Assembly: GCA_965644265.1 (NCBI GenBank)
Contig: OZ286472.1
Span: 9,362,001 to 9,426,000, forward strand
DNA: 64,000 bases
DNA from: Glycera tridactyla
Taxonomy: Eukaryota
Reading direction: 5' to 3'
The notes beneath the pieces were generated by a model, which was given only the letters and a program-made list of their open reading frames with translations, had not been told where the DNA came from and searched no databases. The position numbers were made by a program, and so were the translations under genes. Position 1 is the stretch's first letter; the number at the start of each line of letters is the position of its first letter. This document shows positions 12,090 to 23,277 of the stretch, in pieces.

Positions 12090-12906
12090 ATAGGGGCGTT
12101 CCATCACTGCCCCACTGTCCGGACCTGTGATAAAGGCGAGTCACCCTTTGAGGAATTCATCTGGATTTTGCCGTCACACAGTTTCATTTCTATTGCATTG
12201 ATAAGTATCTTTAGGATCTCTTTATTTTTTTCATTGCCAGGAGAAGACTATTCACATTGATTATTCAGAGGTGAAATGAGTCTCGGTTTGTTTCTATTCT
12301 CTCTTCTCTTCTCGTAAGTGACAATTCAGATGAACTCAGACAGTCTAATCTTGAGGTGAGGTAGGGCATCTTCCCTTCAATGACAATGACAATGACATAA
12401 TCTTGATCATTCAAGGATACCATCCCATGAAAACTTTGGATCACTGTAATCGAGTGTAGTTTCTTTATCTATTCCTTGTTCAATACATGTATATGGTAAA
12501 TGGCAATCTGGACTCAATAGGGAGAGAATGCTGTAAATCACAGCAAAATGTGTTTTTTCAAAGCAGCACATTGTAGATTTTACCATACATTAAATTCAGT
12601 GACAAATAAAACCATATAGAGAATTCTATTGCCTAAGAAGACCACCTGGGTTAATGGGGCAGAATGAATTTGTCACATGGAGTGGAGGTGGGATCTGGGT
12701 GAAAAGTGATAGATCATCATTTGATAACTATATTATAGATGGCATGTGCTGATGAAAATATGCCTCAATTATCATCCAACCATGGAATATACAAACAACC
12801 AGTTCTAGCTATGAGATCTGGCATGTTTCATGCAGAAATTTTCTTTGTGAACACAAATGCACTTCTTGATGGAAACCTTATTCATTTGTCAGTTTGTTTA
12901 TTTGTA

Positions 12907-13088
12907 TACAGTGGAACCTGTCTTGGGAGACCGCCCCAAACGCCAATGAAAAGTGGTCTCTCAAGACAGGTGATCTCTCATTGGAGGTATATTTGACTAT
13001 GTCAAATGGAAAAGAGCCGATAAAGAGCCGTCTCCCATTAGAGGGTGGTCTCCCAAGAGAGGGGTCTCCCAAGACAGGTTTCACTGTA
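12907..13088. mobile_element. Tc1/mariner-pogo-type MITE (TA-CAGTGGAACCTG...CAGGTTTCACTG-TA), 182 bp
   Basis: TIRs plus TA flanks; a near-identical inverted copy lies at 45927-46108. Confidence 0.9.
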
Positions 13089-14727
13089 CTCGCAAATACA
13101 CAACCGCATGATTTATCTGAAACTTTATTTGTCCCTTATCATGATGGTTTGGTTGTATAGACAGCACATGTTCCAAATAAATTAGATGCTAATTTTATAA
13201 GCTGATTGTCCCACTGACTGTGATTTCAGACCAACATATGTCATGCTATGTCATCTATTCCATGCTACTTCTAGGTGTTCCATATACATGTATGTCATTT
13301 GAAGAAAAATATATTCCCCTACATGTAAATGGAGTTATATTATCTCATGATTCAAAGGTAAGGAAAACAGCCCTCTCATCTGATTCACAGTCACCCCCTT
13401 TTTTAGGTGGTATGAGACATTTGACACATTCACATTTGTACTATGAATTATTTCAAAATTTACTCCACATTCTATGCACAACGAGAGGTTCAACAATCAC
13501 TTTATATTTCACCTGTCTTTCGTAGAAGTGGAATTATCATCTGTCCTATCTGTCCTACCTGTCCTTCATCTGCCCTTTCCCATAGGATCATAGCCAAATC
13601 ATGGTACACCACACCCAGAATGTCCATCATAATAGCAGGCTACCAATTCAAACCTGGAAGTCACTTCCTTATCCTAGCATCGCAAATACATGTACACAAT
13701 TGATGTGAAATTCACTGGCAGATTTTGGCAATTGAGGAATGATAGCAAAGCAAATCTGTCAATTTCATATGGTTCTACAATGAGGACAGCAGCTATCTCT
13801 CTATTGTTCATGCACACTGTCAGCTGATGATACCCGCAAGACCAATCCTTTTCAGAAGCATACTGGCTATCGTAAATCAGGATCGTTCATTGCCATGAGT
13901 TCCAGTTGAGCCATTAAATCTATGACTGGTTGAAAAATGGCATCTTTGACATTTGAAACATACTTACTACATTTGTGTTTGACAGAGTAAAATCTATCTT
14001 CACTAATGAAGTAATAATCTACTTCTATCACAATACTGACTGATATTTTTGCATAGCATGACTGATCACTGGGAGGCAAAAATATTCCAGTCAAGATGTA
14101 TACAATTCAGATCATCTGTGCACAGGCAAAAATATGGTGAGGTCATAAAAACCCTCCATCATTTTCTAATTGAGTTTCAGGTGAATTAGAATACCAGGGA
14201 TACCACTGTAAGAGAATATGTACTTTTCCTATCAACCCATCTTGCCTCACCTCGGAAGCACATACCAATGGGCTTGAGTAGGATCTGGTTAATAAAAGTG
14301 AGACTTCAATATCATCATCCAATGTTTCATTCAAACAGCAATCTATCATATATACATGCATCATTTCACTAATATGAGCAATCACAAGCAATAGATTGTC
14401 CTATTCCAGCCATCAAACCATGCTGACTATTGCAGATGCATCTATCTATGAATAAATAAGCATACATAGTAATGAACATCTGATTACATATCAGAAAAGC
14501 CATCACATTTTCGCTGTGTATAGTTTCATCAAAAGACAAGTAGTGGCCGACCTTAGTAGCAGCAAGGTATGTTATATATCACGAGATTACATTCATCATG
14601 GAAATGATGCCCTCCATAAGATCAATAAGATAAGAATCGGAATATATCCATGATATGTCAGAGTGAAGAGCAGTGTACTGGCAAATAACATCAGAATAAT
14701 TTTAGCCCCTGATATCAGCTATTTATC

Positions 14728-15136
14728 ACAGGGCCCCACCAGGTCTCCAGGACAAACAGGGCCCCTCCAGGTTCCAAGAACAAACAGGGCCCACCAGGTC
14801 TCCAGGACAAGACCAGGCCCCTCCAGGTCCCCAGAGCATACAGGGCCCCACCAGGTTTACAGAACATACACGGCCCTACCAGGTTTACAGAACATACAGG
14901 GCCCCATCATGTCCCAAGAACATACAAGGCCCCACCACGTCTCCAGGACAAACAAGGCCCCACCAGGGCTCCAGATCATAAAAGACCCCACCCGGTCTCC
15001 AGGACAAACAAGACCCCACCAGGTCTCCAAAACATGAAAGGCCCCACCCAGTCTTCGGGACAAACAGGGCCCCACCAGGTCTCCAGAATATAAAGGGCCC
15101 CAACCGGTCTTCAGGACAAACAAGGCCCCACCAGGG
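14728..15136. repeat. 28-bp minisatellite, ~14.5 copies
   Basis: Unit ACAGGGCCCCACCAGGTCTCCAGGACAA with variants. Confidence 0.95.
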
Positions 15137-15559
15137 ACATTTGGTCAGGTTTGCTCAACAGAATCCATGATAATGATAAAGATAAAATTGAAATGAATGC
15201 CAATGATGAATTTCAACACAAATCTAATCAGGTCTTGACATAAATAAAATCAGATTTAGCATTTCATCTCAGATAGTTTTTGATTCACCAGATTCACATG
15301 TTCATAATTGGAAAACCTTGAATCCCACAATCAAAAGAGCACTTTTCATTACAATTTGACCTTACTCCATTGCGATCGTTCAAATTGGATTTGGCAACTG
15401 TGGATGACTTCCTGGTTTTGTAAATCCAGCCGAGATTTTGATAAGAGCAATCACAGCACATATAGAGAGGGAAATACTAAACCCTGTCTATTTCACTCAA
15501 GCCTTACATGTGATTTGTTATTGCTCACAGATAGGAAAGCTTTCAATCTTCACAGAGGA

Positions 15560-15690
15560 AAATTTGAGCAGGTCACATCGCTATGACTGAGCCAATACCC
15601 AACAGGGACAGGGGCAGGCACACCTTGCCACCCATCTACAGGGAGGTACTACACCTGTCACATGATCATAATTAAGCCACTAGAGTGACA
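15560..15690 (+). mobile_element. Penelope-like element C-terminal fragment
   Basis: Translates PNRDRGRHTLPPIYREVLHLSHDHN*, homologous to the C-terminus of the 3211-3432 ORF. Confidence 0.6.
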
Positions 15691-16181
15691 ATGCATTGAA
15701 CACAAACTTTCGGAGCTTAAGAAAGCTGCAAGATTGTTGCTTTGCACAAAACTTACCGTGATTACATAGAAAACTTCTTCAAGACATCTGATATTTGACA
15801 GCAATACGGAATGTCACATCCACACTGCTCAGGGGAGGCCATGCTTATGGTGACAAACAGTGATTTGGGATACTTTTTGGGGCATTTCACTCACGGCGGG
15901 AAGACAGGTGAGTTCAGAAAATGTTTCATTTAGGATGCCATCTACTGGAAGAAAGTGAAGAAGAGTTCATAAGTGGTGAGCAAGGTCAAGGTCGTCTGTC
16001 ATGGCTGTCAACTGGCAGATACTAATGGTGTGAATATGAGGCTGGCACAACCGTAATATGACATCTCAAAGTTAACCCTCGCATCCCTATGACAACCAAT
16101 AGGACACTCCTTGTCTCAGCCCAGTACAGGTGCTCATCACAGGGTTCAACAGACTTGCCATCTACCATAATCAATCTACAT

Positions 16182-16450
16182 TACCGTGAAACCTGCAACG
16201 AAAGACCACCTTAAATGTCACCAAAAAGTAGTCTCTCAAAAGAGATGGTCTTTTGTCGGTGGTGTATTTGAAAATGTTCAATAGAAAAGCGGCCCTGGAA
16301 AACCAATCTCCTGTTGGAGCTGGTCTCTTATGGGTGGTCTCTCATTGCAAATTTTACTGTACAGTGAAACCTGCGATGAGAGACTCCCGACGAGAGACCA
16401 CCTCCAACAGGAGACTGCTTTTGCATGGCAGCATTTCTATTTGACATAGT
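16182..16450. mobile_element. Two adjacent MITEs sharing one TA (complete 16182-16361; truncated 16360 to ~16450)
   Basis: ...attttactgTAcagtgaaacctg... junction. Confidence 0.8.
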
Positions 16451-16794
16451 TCATTCCATTACAAATTGAATGAGCATTGTTTGAGAGCACTAATAAACAT
16501 TTGTATGATTTTAATCTCAGCCATGACAATTCATGTGTGAATTGGGTGGGGCAATCTATTGAATATAAGTTTCAAACATTGAGTGAATGCGGCTGAATAA
16601 TCTATCAGTAATATCAAGACAATAATCTCAAAGAAAACATATTAGTTGATTGATTACATATGCAGTTAACCATTGACAAAAGACCTGAATGATGGTCATA
16701 ACTTAGTGGTAGCTTGATTTGTCATATGAAATGTATAAATTCATAAATAGCTGCAGTGACCTTGATTCCCAACCTTTGAACACAAAACTTTCAC

Positions 16795-16965
16795 TTCAGA
16801 CTGACCATTTTATACAAATCGCCATCATGAACTTTCATAGAAATTGGACCAGGTGTTCTATTGTTATCGGGTGAAATTTGAGTTTTCAAATATACAGACA
16901 TACAGACATATGGACGAGAACCATGAGACTATAACACCCGCTTTTTGTGAAGTGGGGTGAAAAAG
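16795..16965 (+). mobile_element. HINE/pearl-like non-autonomous element fragment (tgacctt motif, cagacatacagacat, terminal acccgc..gtggggt hairpin)
   Basis: Motif architecture only; related fragments near 45220-45300, 56775-56840 and 59490-59710. Confidence 0.45.
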
Positions 16966-17724
16966 TTTATAATCAGGGTAATTAGGGAGAAATTATCCTG
17001 ATGGATAAATGGGGATAGATTGCAAATGCAGAGTTGTTGCTCAGTATATGATTTTTGCTCTAGGTGAGTTTGGCCCGCATTGAGAGATGGCGCATGGAGT
17101 TTCGATAGAGAGAGGGTTGTATTTCTGCGGTGGTTGCGTGTGGATGAATGAATGTTGCAATCATTGCGACAGTTCATTTTGGGTATTACTCGCACTCCCC
17201 GGTGTCTCTCAATACCATCAACTACCTCTCCGTCTTCCAGCCTTCCCGTCGTCATCATCGTCATCATCGCCGTCATCGGCGGCATCGCCATGATGTCAAT
17301 ACTGTAAAACCAACAGCATCACGCTTGCTCAGGTTTGGTGTAAATCACCCACCCTCCTTCATTGCACTCATTAGATAAGGTGTCAATCTCCACACCCCAT
17401 CTTGCAATACATCTTAATCGAGTTGCCCAACTGGGATTACCCGTCTTCATTCTGCCTCCAGTCCACCAAGATTACTGAAAATGTGCACAATTCTATCCAA
17501 AACGAGAGCAAATATTTCCTATGTTTTCCCTCTCATTCTCATTTGAGAATCCACTAGTTCAATATATAAACTATGTGTAGCTCGAAAATTAAGTTGGGAT
17601 ACAGAATTAAGCGAGATGTCTAGTCTATCTGGTAGGATCTGAATGAGGCTGTAAAGCCCCCCAACATGCATAGCTTAATTTCCTTAACCTAGCAGGGATT
17701 CCACCTACATAGGTTGAATGGGAA

Positions 17725-17894
17725 TACAGCTGAACCTGTCTAGTAGGGCCACCTATGGCCGCATCTAATAGTGGCTTTTGTAAAAAAAAAAAGTGGGCTT
17801 TTTGGAGAGGTCATTTTCGGTATAAAATACTCTTGTGGTCACAGCTCAGGGTGGCGTTTGTATAGATGTGGTCTCTCAAACAGGTTTGACTGTA
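17725..17894. mobile_element. MITE, 170 bp
   Basis: TA-CAGCTGAACCTG...CAGGTTTGACTG-TA. Confidence 0.85.
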
Positions 17895-18686
17895 CCATGA
17901 AATATGAAGGCAGCACACTTTTGAGGAGTACCACTTCTCCCCAAGGAAGGAAATTGTTTTTATTCATTACATATAACCTCTGACAAATGACTGCCTGTCC
18001 AATATGATCATAATCTAGCATGACCACAGAATAGCAATGAGTACAAATGAAGTTCATCATCATTGATATCTAACAACTGTTCTATAAATTATTCTTGAAT
18101 GAGAAGAAACCAAAACAAGAAATATTCTGCATTATACCATCAAATGTGCATCTGAGTCCTCCTCTGAGCATGTACGCTGCCTTCAAATACCGCCTGAAGC
18201 AATGACCACAATAGCAATTTTTGAGAAATACAATGGTCACCTGCTCACTAAGACCACAAACATTTATATCTAGGATATTGTTTGGTCTCCAGGTTTGCCA
18301 TGTGGATAGGCGAGTCAGCAATTCTCAAGCAGAAGATAAATGTTCATGTCACATGGGCAATACATTCAGCTGTTCAAAAGTTCACACTCATAAATGAATG
18401 TATTGAACCATGCACTGAGTACATTACCATCACCCTCCCAATCCCAACCCATCCTCTCCCCCCCCCTCCCAACCCACCCCTTGTGTACTTGCAAAAATGT
18501 GACTACAGCATAGTAAAACTCTTTCCTCTGGTAGAAATATGTTGATACTTTGATTCAACTAATTTTCATACTTATCTGTGATATGCTGGAGAGAGTGAAA
18601 AACTCAGTGACTCACCTGAAAAATACATGGAAAGAATATTGCCATTACTATGAAAAACATAAATATACATGTACATTAGCTTCAGC

Positions 18687-18793
18687 TACAGTCAAACCCC
18701 TCTATAACAACCATCCTTGGTTGCACGCAAAAGTGGTTGTTATTGAGAGGTGGTCGATATATGGAGGTGGTCGCTAGTGGAGGTTCGACTATA
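18687..18793. mobile_element. Short MITE, 107 bp
   Basis: TA-CAGTCAAACC...GGTTCGACTA-TA with internal GGTGGTC repeats. Confidence 0.75.
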
Positions 18794-18808
18794 TTTGAGA
18801 TTTGATGC

Positions 18809-19080
18809 CATGCATCAAGCCAGAGAATTATACATGTATATGCCATGTATTCCTGGTCAATGAAAGCTAGATGTTCTGTCCCCTGTCGGCATCACTTCCA
18901 CAAACTCTGAACACTAAATGATGGTGAATCTGAAAGGCTGTCAAGTGGAAGTAGCAGAGAGTTCAGACACTTCTACCTATCTCATATGAACATAATAAAT
19001 CTCGAGATGGCATATCCACATATGTAAGTGGCTGGAAGCTATCACTCAAGCCTGATAGCGATGCTCTCACTTTGCAAAAA
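18809..19080 (-). mobile_element. SINE-like family A copy
   Basis: tatgccatgtattcctggtcaatgaaagctagatgttctgtcccctg...ctgaaaggctgtcaagtggaagtagc. Confidence 0.75.
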
Positions 19081-19483
19081 GCACAGTAATTGAATCAAGG
19101 AAAAATTTGAGAAAATCGACAACGGGCTGAAAGTGACAATCGTGAGTGAGCCAGGTCTCTTCGGCTCAGCGCCAGACTTTTGTGCTGATGTTCTCAATGG
19201 TCTCCATTATCAGAAGTTGTCTTTTCTAAGATCGCTCTTGTGTGGAGGTGAGAAAATGGGCATTCTAAAAGGTCAGAAGTGTTAGGTACAGACATGAACA
19301 ACTTACACGATCTGTCACATCACCATGGCAACACTTTCATTTGACCATGCTCTCCCTACGTCTTGCCAACATCATGTGGGTAATCCAACGACTCTTCTAT
19401 AATCTGAGATCGGGATGTAATCCTGGAGACACTGATTGAAAAGGGTTTGCACCTCAATATTGTCTCCAGATATTAGGGGTCGA

Positions 19484-19602
19484 GTGTGCTCCTGGCTGAG
19501 GTATGTGGCTGCTTATTTGGAGCAGTCCACGAAACTCAGCGCTCAATACAGAATGCGCCTTCACAGGCTACATGGTTGGTGCCATGCTGGAGATCCTAGC
19601 TT
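19484..19602 (+). repeat. Unclassified interspersed repeat (family shared with 3415-3535 and ~35300-35400)
   Basis: gtgtgctcctggctg...ggtgccatgctggagatcctagcttc. Confidence 0.5.
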
Positions 19603-21571
19603 CAATTTATCCACATAGAAATCAGATGATTTCTGAAAATTTTACGTTTCAATGGTGTATTGTAGAACATACATGTAGTTTCGTTCCAACATTTTCTTCT
19701 TTTTGATAAAAGGGTTAATCACAATCACAGGGGTTGCCTGCTCCAGTCAGAGTTAATCAGAATTCCACACACTGTGGTTAACATACTCTATCAAATTATA
19801 CAAAACGGTTGGCCACACAGATAGAAACTGCAGTGCTCACCGGAGACAGGCATGGAACAGTGTGAAATGAATTGATCAGAATAGTGAGAAGTGCTCTGCT
19901 CACCAAGGAGTGCACTGAGCATGTCCTAATTCTCTGTGAGAGATGCATATTGATTGGCCAACAGCTAGATGTAAACTAGTTTTCTAACCAATCAGGAAGT
20001 TTGGAACAAACACAATTGGTTTAGGCCATCAAATTTGGCAGCAGGGTGATGTCAATTCAAAGCAGCGCGACCATCACTTAATGTTTTAACTTCCTTCTTA
20101 ATGTAGCAGGATGATCAAATGGTATTTTACCAGGATTGGATTGAGTCGTCATGGCGACATATTATTTTGACGTAATTTGACCCAAAGCAAATGTTTTTGT
20201 TTGAGGCAATCTCAGGAGGCCAGTTTGAGTGATACTGTACATAAATACCGGAGAGTCAAATCTGCCACAAATAACCCTGCAATAAGAAGCAACCTTGAAT
20301 GTGAGACCACTTGCCGAACATACCTCCAACCAGACCACCTATTCTGTAAGTCTACCTTTTGAATATATCAAGGTGGACAATTTCATGGATTTCACAGTAT
20401 CTGTGAAGTTTTCATGCATTATTTCTTCATAATCCAATGCACATCCAAGAGAGAGTCGTTAGTGGAAAATGTATAGACGGTTATGTCAAATAGAGCAGTG
20501 GCCCAGAAAAAGCATTCTCTTAAGTGAGGACCCTCGTCGCAGATTTCTCTGAGCCGATATATATCATGTCTTCGATCTGAATCAGAGTTTCTTGATCTCA
20601 ATCTCAATCAAAAGAGTGCTTCGAAAACTGATTTCAAGAGACCAGCATTGGGTAAGTGTTGAGTAAGCGCTGTCGCCTGAACAAGTTTAATCACAACAAA
20701 TATCTGGCAACTTGTGAATTGGCCGTCCGCTTCTTCTGCTGCATGCCAGTGCAAACCTCCCGATGTAGTGGCATGCTCTATTTGAAATTTCATCCAATTA
20801 GGTGGGTACACTTTGAAACTTGCAGAAAGCTTGAACCAATCCTATAAACAGCAAGAACTAAAGGTACTGGATATCCAATCTCTTTAAGTTTCACAGAAAT
20901 ATTCCCAGGAGAAAATATGTGACAGAAAGGTATGATCCAGACGCTCACCTGTGCTCTAGACAAATTCTGCAAGTCCAAGGAATGGAAATTCACTGATCAT
21001 AGTTTGTTGAATGAGAGAAAAACATGCCATCAATGTTGAGCCACTGAATTGACTATGATCTATTCCATTTGTGAAATGTATAATAGAGAAGTGTGCCAAC
21101 TGGGCACATTACTGTATGAAATATGCTCCATCTGTTGAGTCGATGTGCCTATGGTGCAGGGACACACCACAGGAATATGCCTGCTTCTGGATACATCCTT
21201 ATCAAAATAAAGAAATATTCATGAGCTATGAGATCTGCAATACTATACTGTGAGTACCGAGAAGTTACTCTCTCAATATGGAAAAAACCTGTTCATATTG
21301 CAGGTCACTTACAAATACTGAGTACAGGTTTTTCTGTGTCATACTTTCAACTTTTTCATACTGGTTTATTCATACAGCAATTATTCAGACCTGTGAAGGC
21401 TGATGTTATAAAAGGGTGTATGTACAAGCCTAATGGACTCCTGATAGTGATGCTGACATATGGGGAGTAATATATGCATTAGCTAACTCTGTTAAAAAAA
21501 GGGTACATTGTCATATGCATGCCTGCAATACTACTATATATTATACTTTTGAACTTGTCCCATGAGAAAAA

Positions 21572-21602
21572 TCAATAATAATAGTAATATCACCAATAAT
21601 AT

Positions 21603-21638
<36 letters not shown>

Positions 21639-21880
21639 CAATAACAATAATAATTTGTAATAATAATGATAATAATGATGATAATGATAATAATAAATTA
21701 GCTCTGGCACCTTTCTGTACTTGGACAAAATAAAAATGTTTACAGGAGTCAAATCTTTCGTTTGTGCAGTGATGTTCCTCACTCAAATTAACAAAAATAA
21801 TCATGATGATGATGATAATAAACAATGAAAAAATATATTAAAATCAATAACAACAACAACAAAAACGATAATAATAATGA
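21572..21880. repeat. Imperfect (AAT/GAT/AAC)n microsatellites, two blocks (21572-21692 and 21795-21880)
   Basis: Direct reading. Confidence 0.9.
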
Positions 21881-22158
21881 TATGTCAATGGTAATTCCAA
21901 GTTCGGGAATAGACCCAAGAGCAGGCTTCACAATTTTTTTCAAAGGGACCCTTTCGATGGTAACTCCATTTCCACAGAACTTTTTGTGCCATATTGCAAT
22001 AGTTCCTTGGATGGGATGGTGGAGTGAGAATTAACACATGTAATAGGAGGCATGATCTCCCAATTCACTATTCTCAGAATATGAGCCGAGATATAAACGA
22101 AGACCAGGATGATTCAGGACCTCAGTGACAAGAGCCTTCGCTCAAAGTCAGTATGTGC

Positions 22159-22293
22159 TTGTTTATCTATTAGTTTGTTTGTGGTTTAACCACATGTATC
22201 AATCCACAGGATTATGTGTGCCATGTGTTCTTGGTCAATGAGAGCTAGATGTTCTGTCTCCTGCAGGCAGCACTTACACAAACCCTGAACATT
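22159..22293 (-). mobile_element. SINE-like family A copy (3' part with TTTG-type tail)
   Basis: tttgtttgtggtttaaccacatgtatcaatccacaggattatgtgtgccatgtg. Confidence 0.75.
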
Positions 22294-22749
22294 GTATGGT
22301 CCCTCCCTGTCATACAAGTCTCAATGTGGATGACCACCTGTATCAAACATCATACAATTGATATAAACTGATGCTGATGGATGAATGACAAGTTTCTGAC
22401 TCCAGAACCATCTCGCTGGAAGTTTGAGATGCGGTCGGATGTAAGAAGAATCAGTATAATGCACTTGGCAGCGTTTCATGCCTGGTGGTCACAAGAACTG
22501 CAGGTAGCATACAAATAGACACTTTGAATAGAATACAAATAGGGAGAAGCGCCACCTGCAGGAAACGCACCAGAACTAGAGCCTCGAACATCGCCATGCT
22601 GCTTACATGAAAAAAGGCGTATTTAACTGCTTTTTCACAGAAGTAATTCTGCCTCGAATTAAACTTTACAGCAATCACCGGCCCACAATCACAACTCTAC
22701 AATGACTGACCGCTTCCGAGGATAATTTATCAATAGATTGATCCAATGA

Positions 22750-23075
22750 TTGGAGTTTATTGGCATATAGCAACCCATAGGATTATGTATGCCATGTGCT
22801 CCCGATCCTTGTAAGGTGAATGCTCTGTCCCCTTCCAGCAACCCATAGGATTATGTATGCCATGTGCTCCCGATCCTTGTAAGATGAATGCTCTGTCCCC
22901 TTCCAGCATCACTCTCACAGACCCTGATGACAAGAAGTTGTGAAACATGAAATGTCAAGTAGAAGTAGCTCTCAGATCAGACACACCTCTACATGCACCA
23001 CATAATGCATGGTGCATTCGAGCATGTAATCAGCTGGTTGCAGACAATCCAGCTTGGAAGTATCTCTTTTTGACA
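22750..23075 (-). mobile_element. SINE-like family A copy with an internal 68-bp tandem duplication (22771-22838, 22839-22906)
   Basis: caacccataggattatgtatgccatgtgctcccgatccttgtaag.tgaatgctctgtccccttccag occurs twice with one mismatch. Confidence 0.8.
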
Positions 23076-23078
23076 GAG

Positions 23079-23277
23079 CAGAGTCAAACCTGTCTACAAA
23101 TTACATGCATAGTTGTAACAAGAAGTGAACTTTGTGGACATGTGGCATCTGTACAGAGGTTGTTTACTGTAGGAAACACAGCTCAGGGTGGCTTTCATAC
23201 AGATGGTCAGCCTTTGATATCCCAGTTGGCATGCACTGGATTTCGGCAGGTGGCTTTTGGATGGAGATCTGACCGTA
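23079..23277. mobile_element. Diverged MITE
   Basis: gagtcaaacctgtct...gatctgaccgta. Confidence 0.55.

Noticed and set aside
15831-15908. Candidate plus exon ending in GACAG|GTGAGT; similar isolated candidates at ~36393-36472 and ~63388-63489
   Set aside because: Good single splice signals and an open frame, but no recognisable protein and no consistent exon chain; expected by chance in 64 kb.
19790-19825. YQIIQNGWP, resembling a Gypsy pol motif
   Set aside because: Too short; no flanking LTR-element homology.
21534-22034. Poly-Ile/Leu/Asn ORFs
   Set aside because: Translations of AAT microsatellites.
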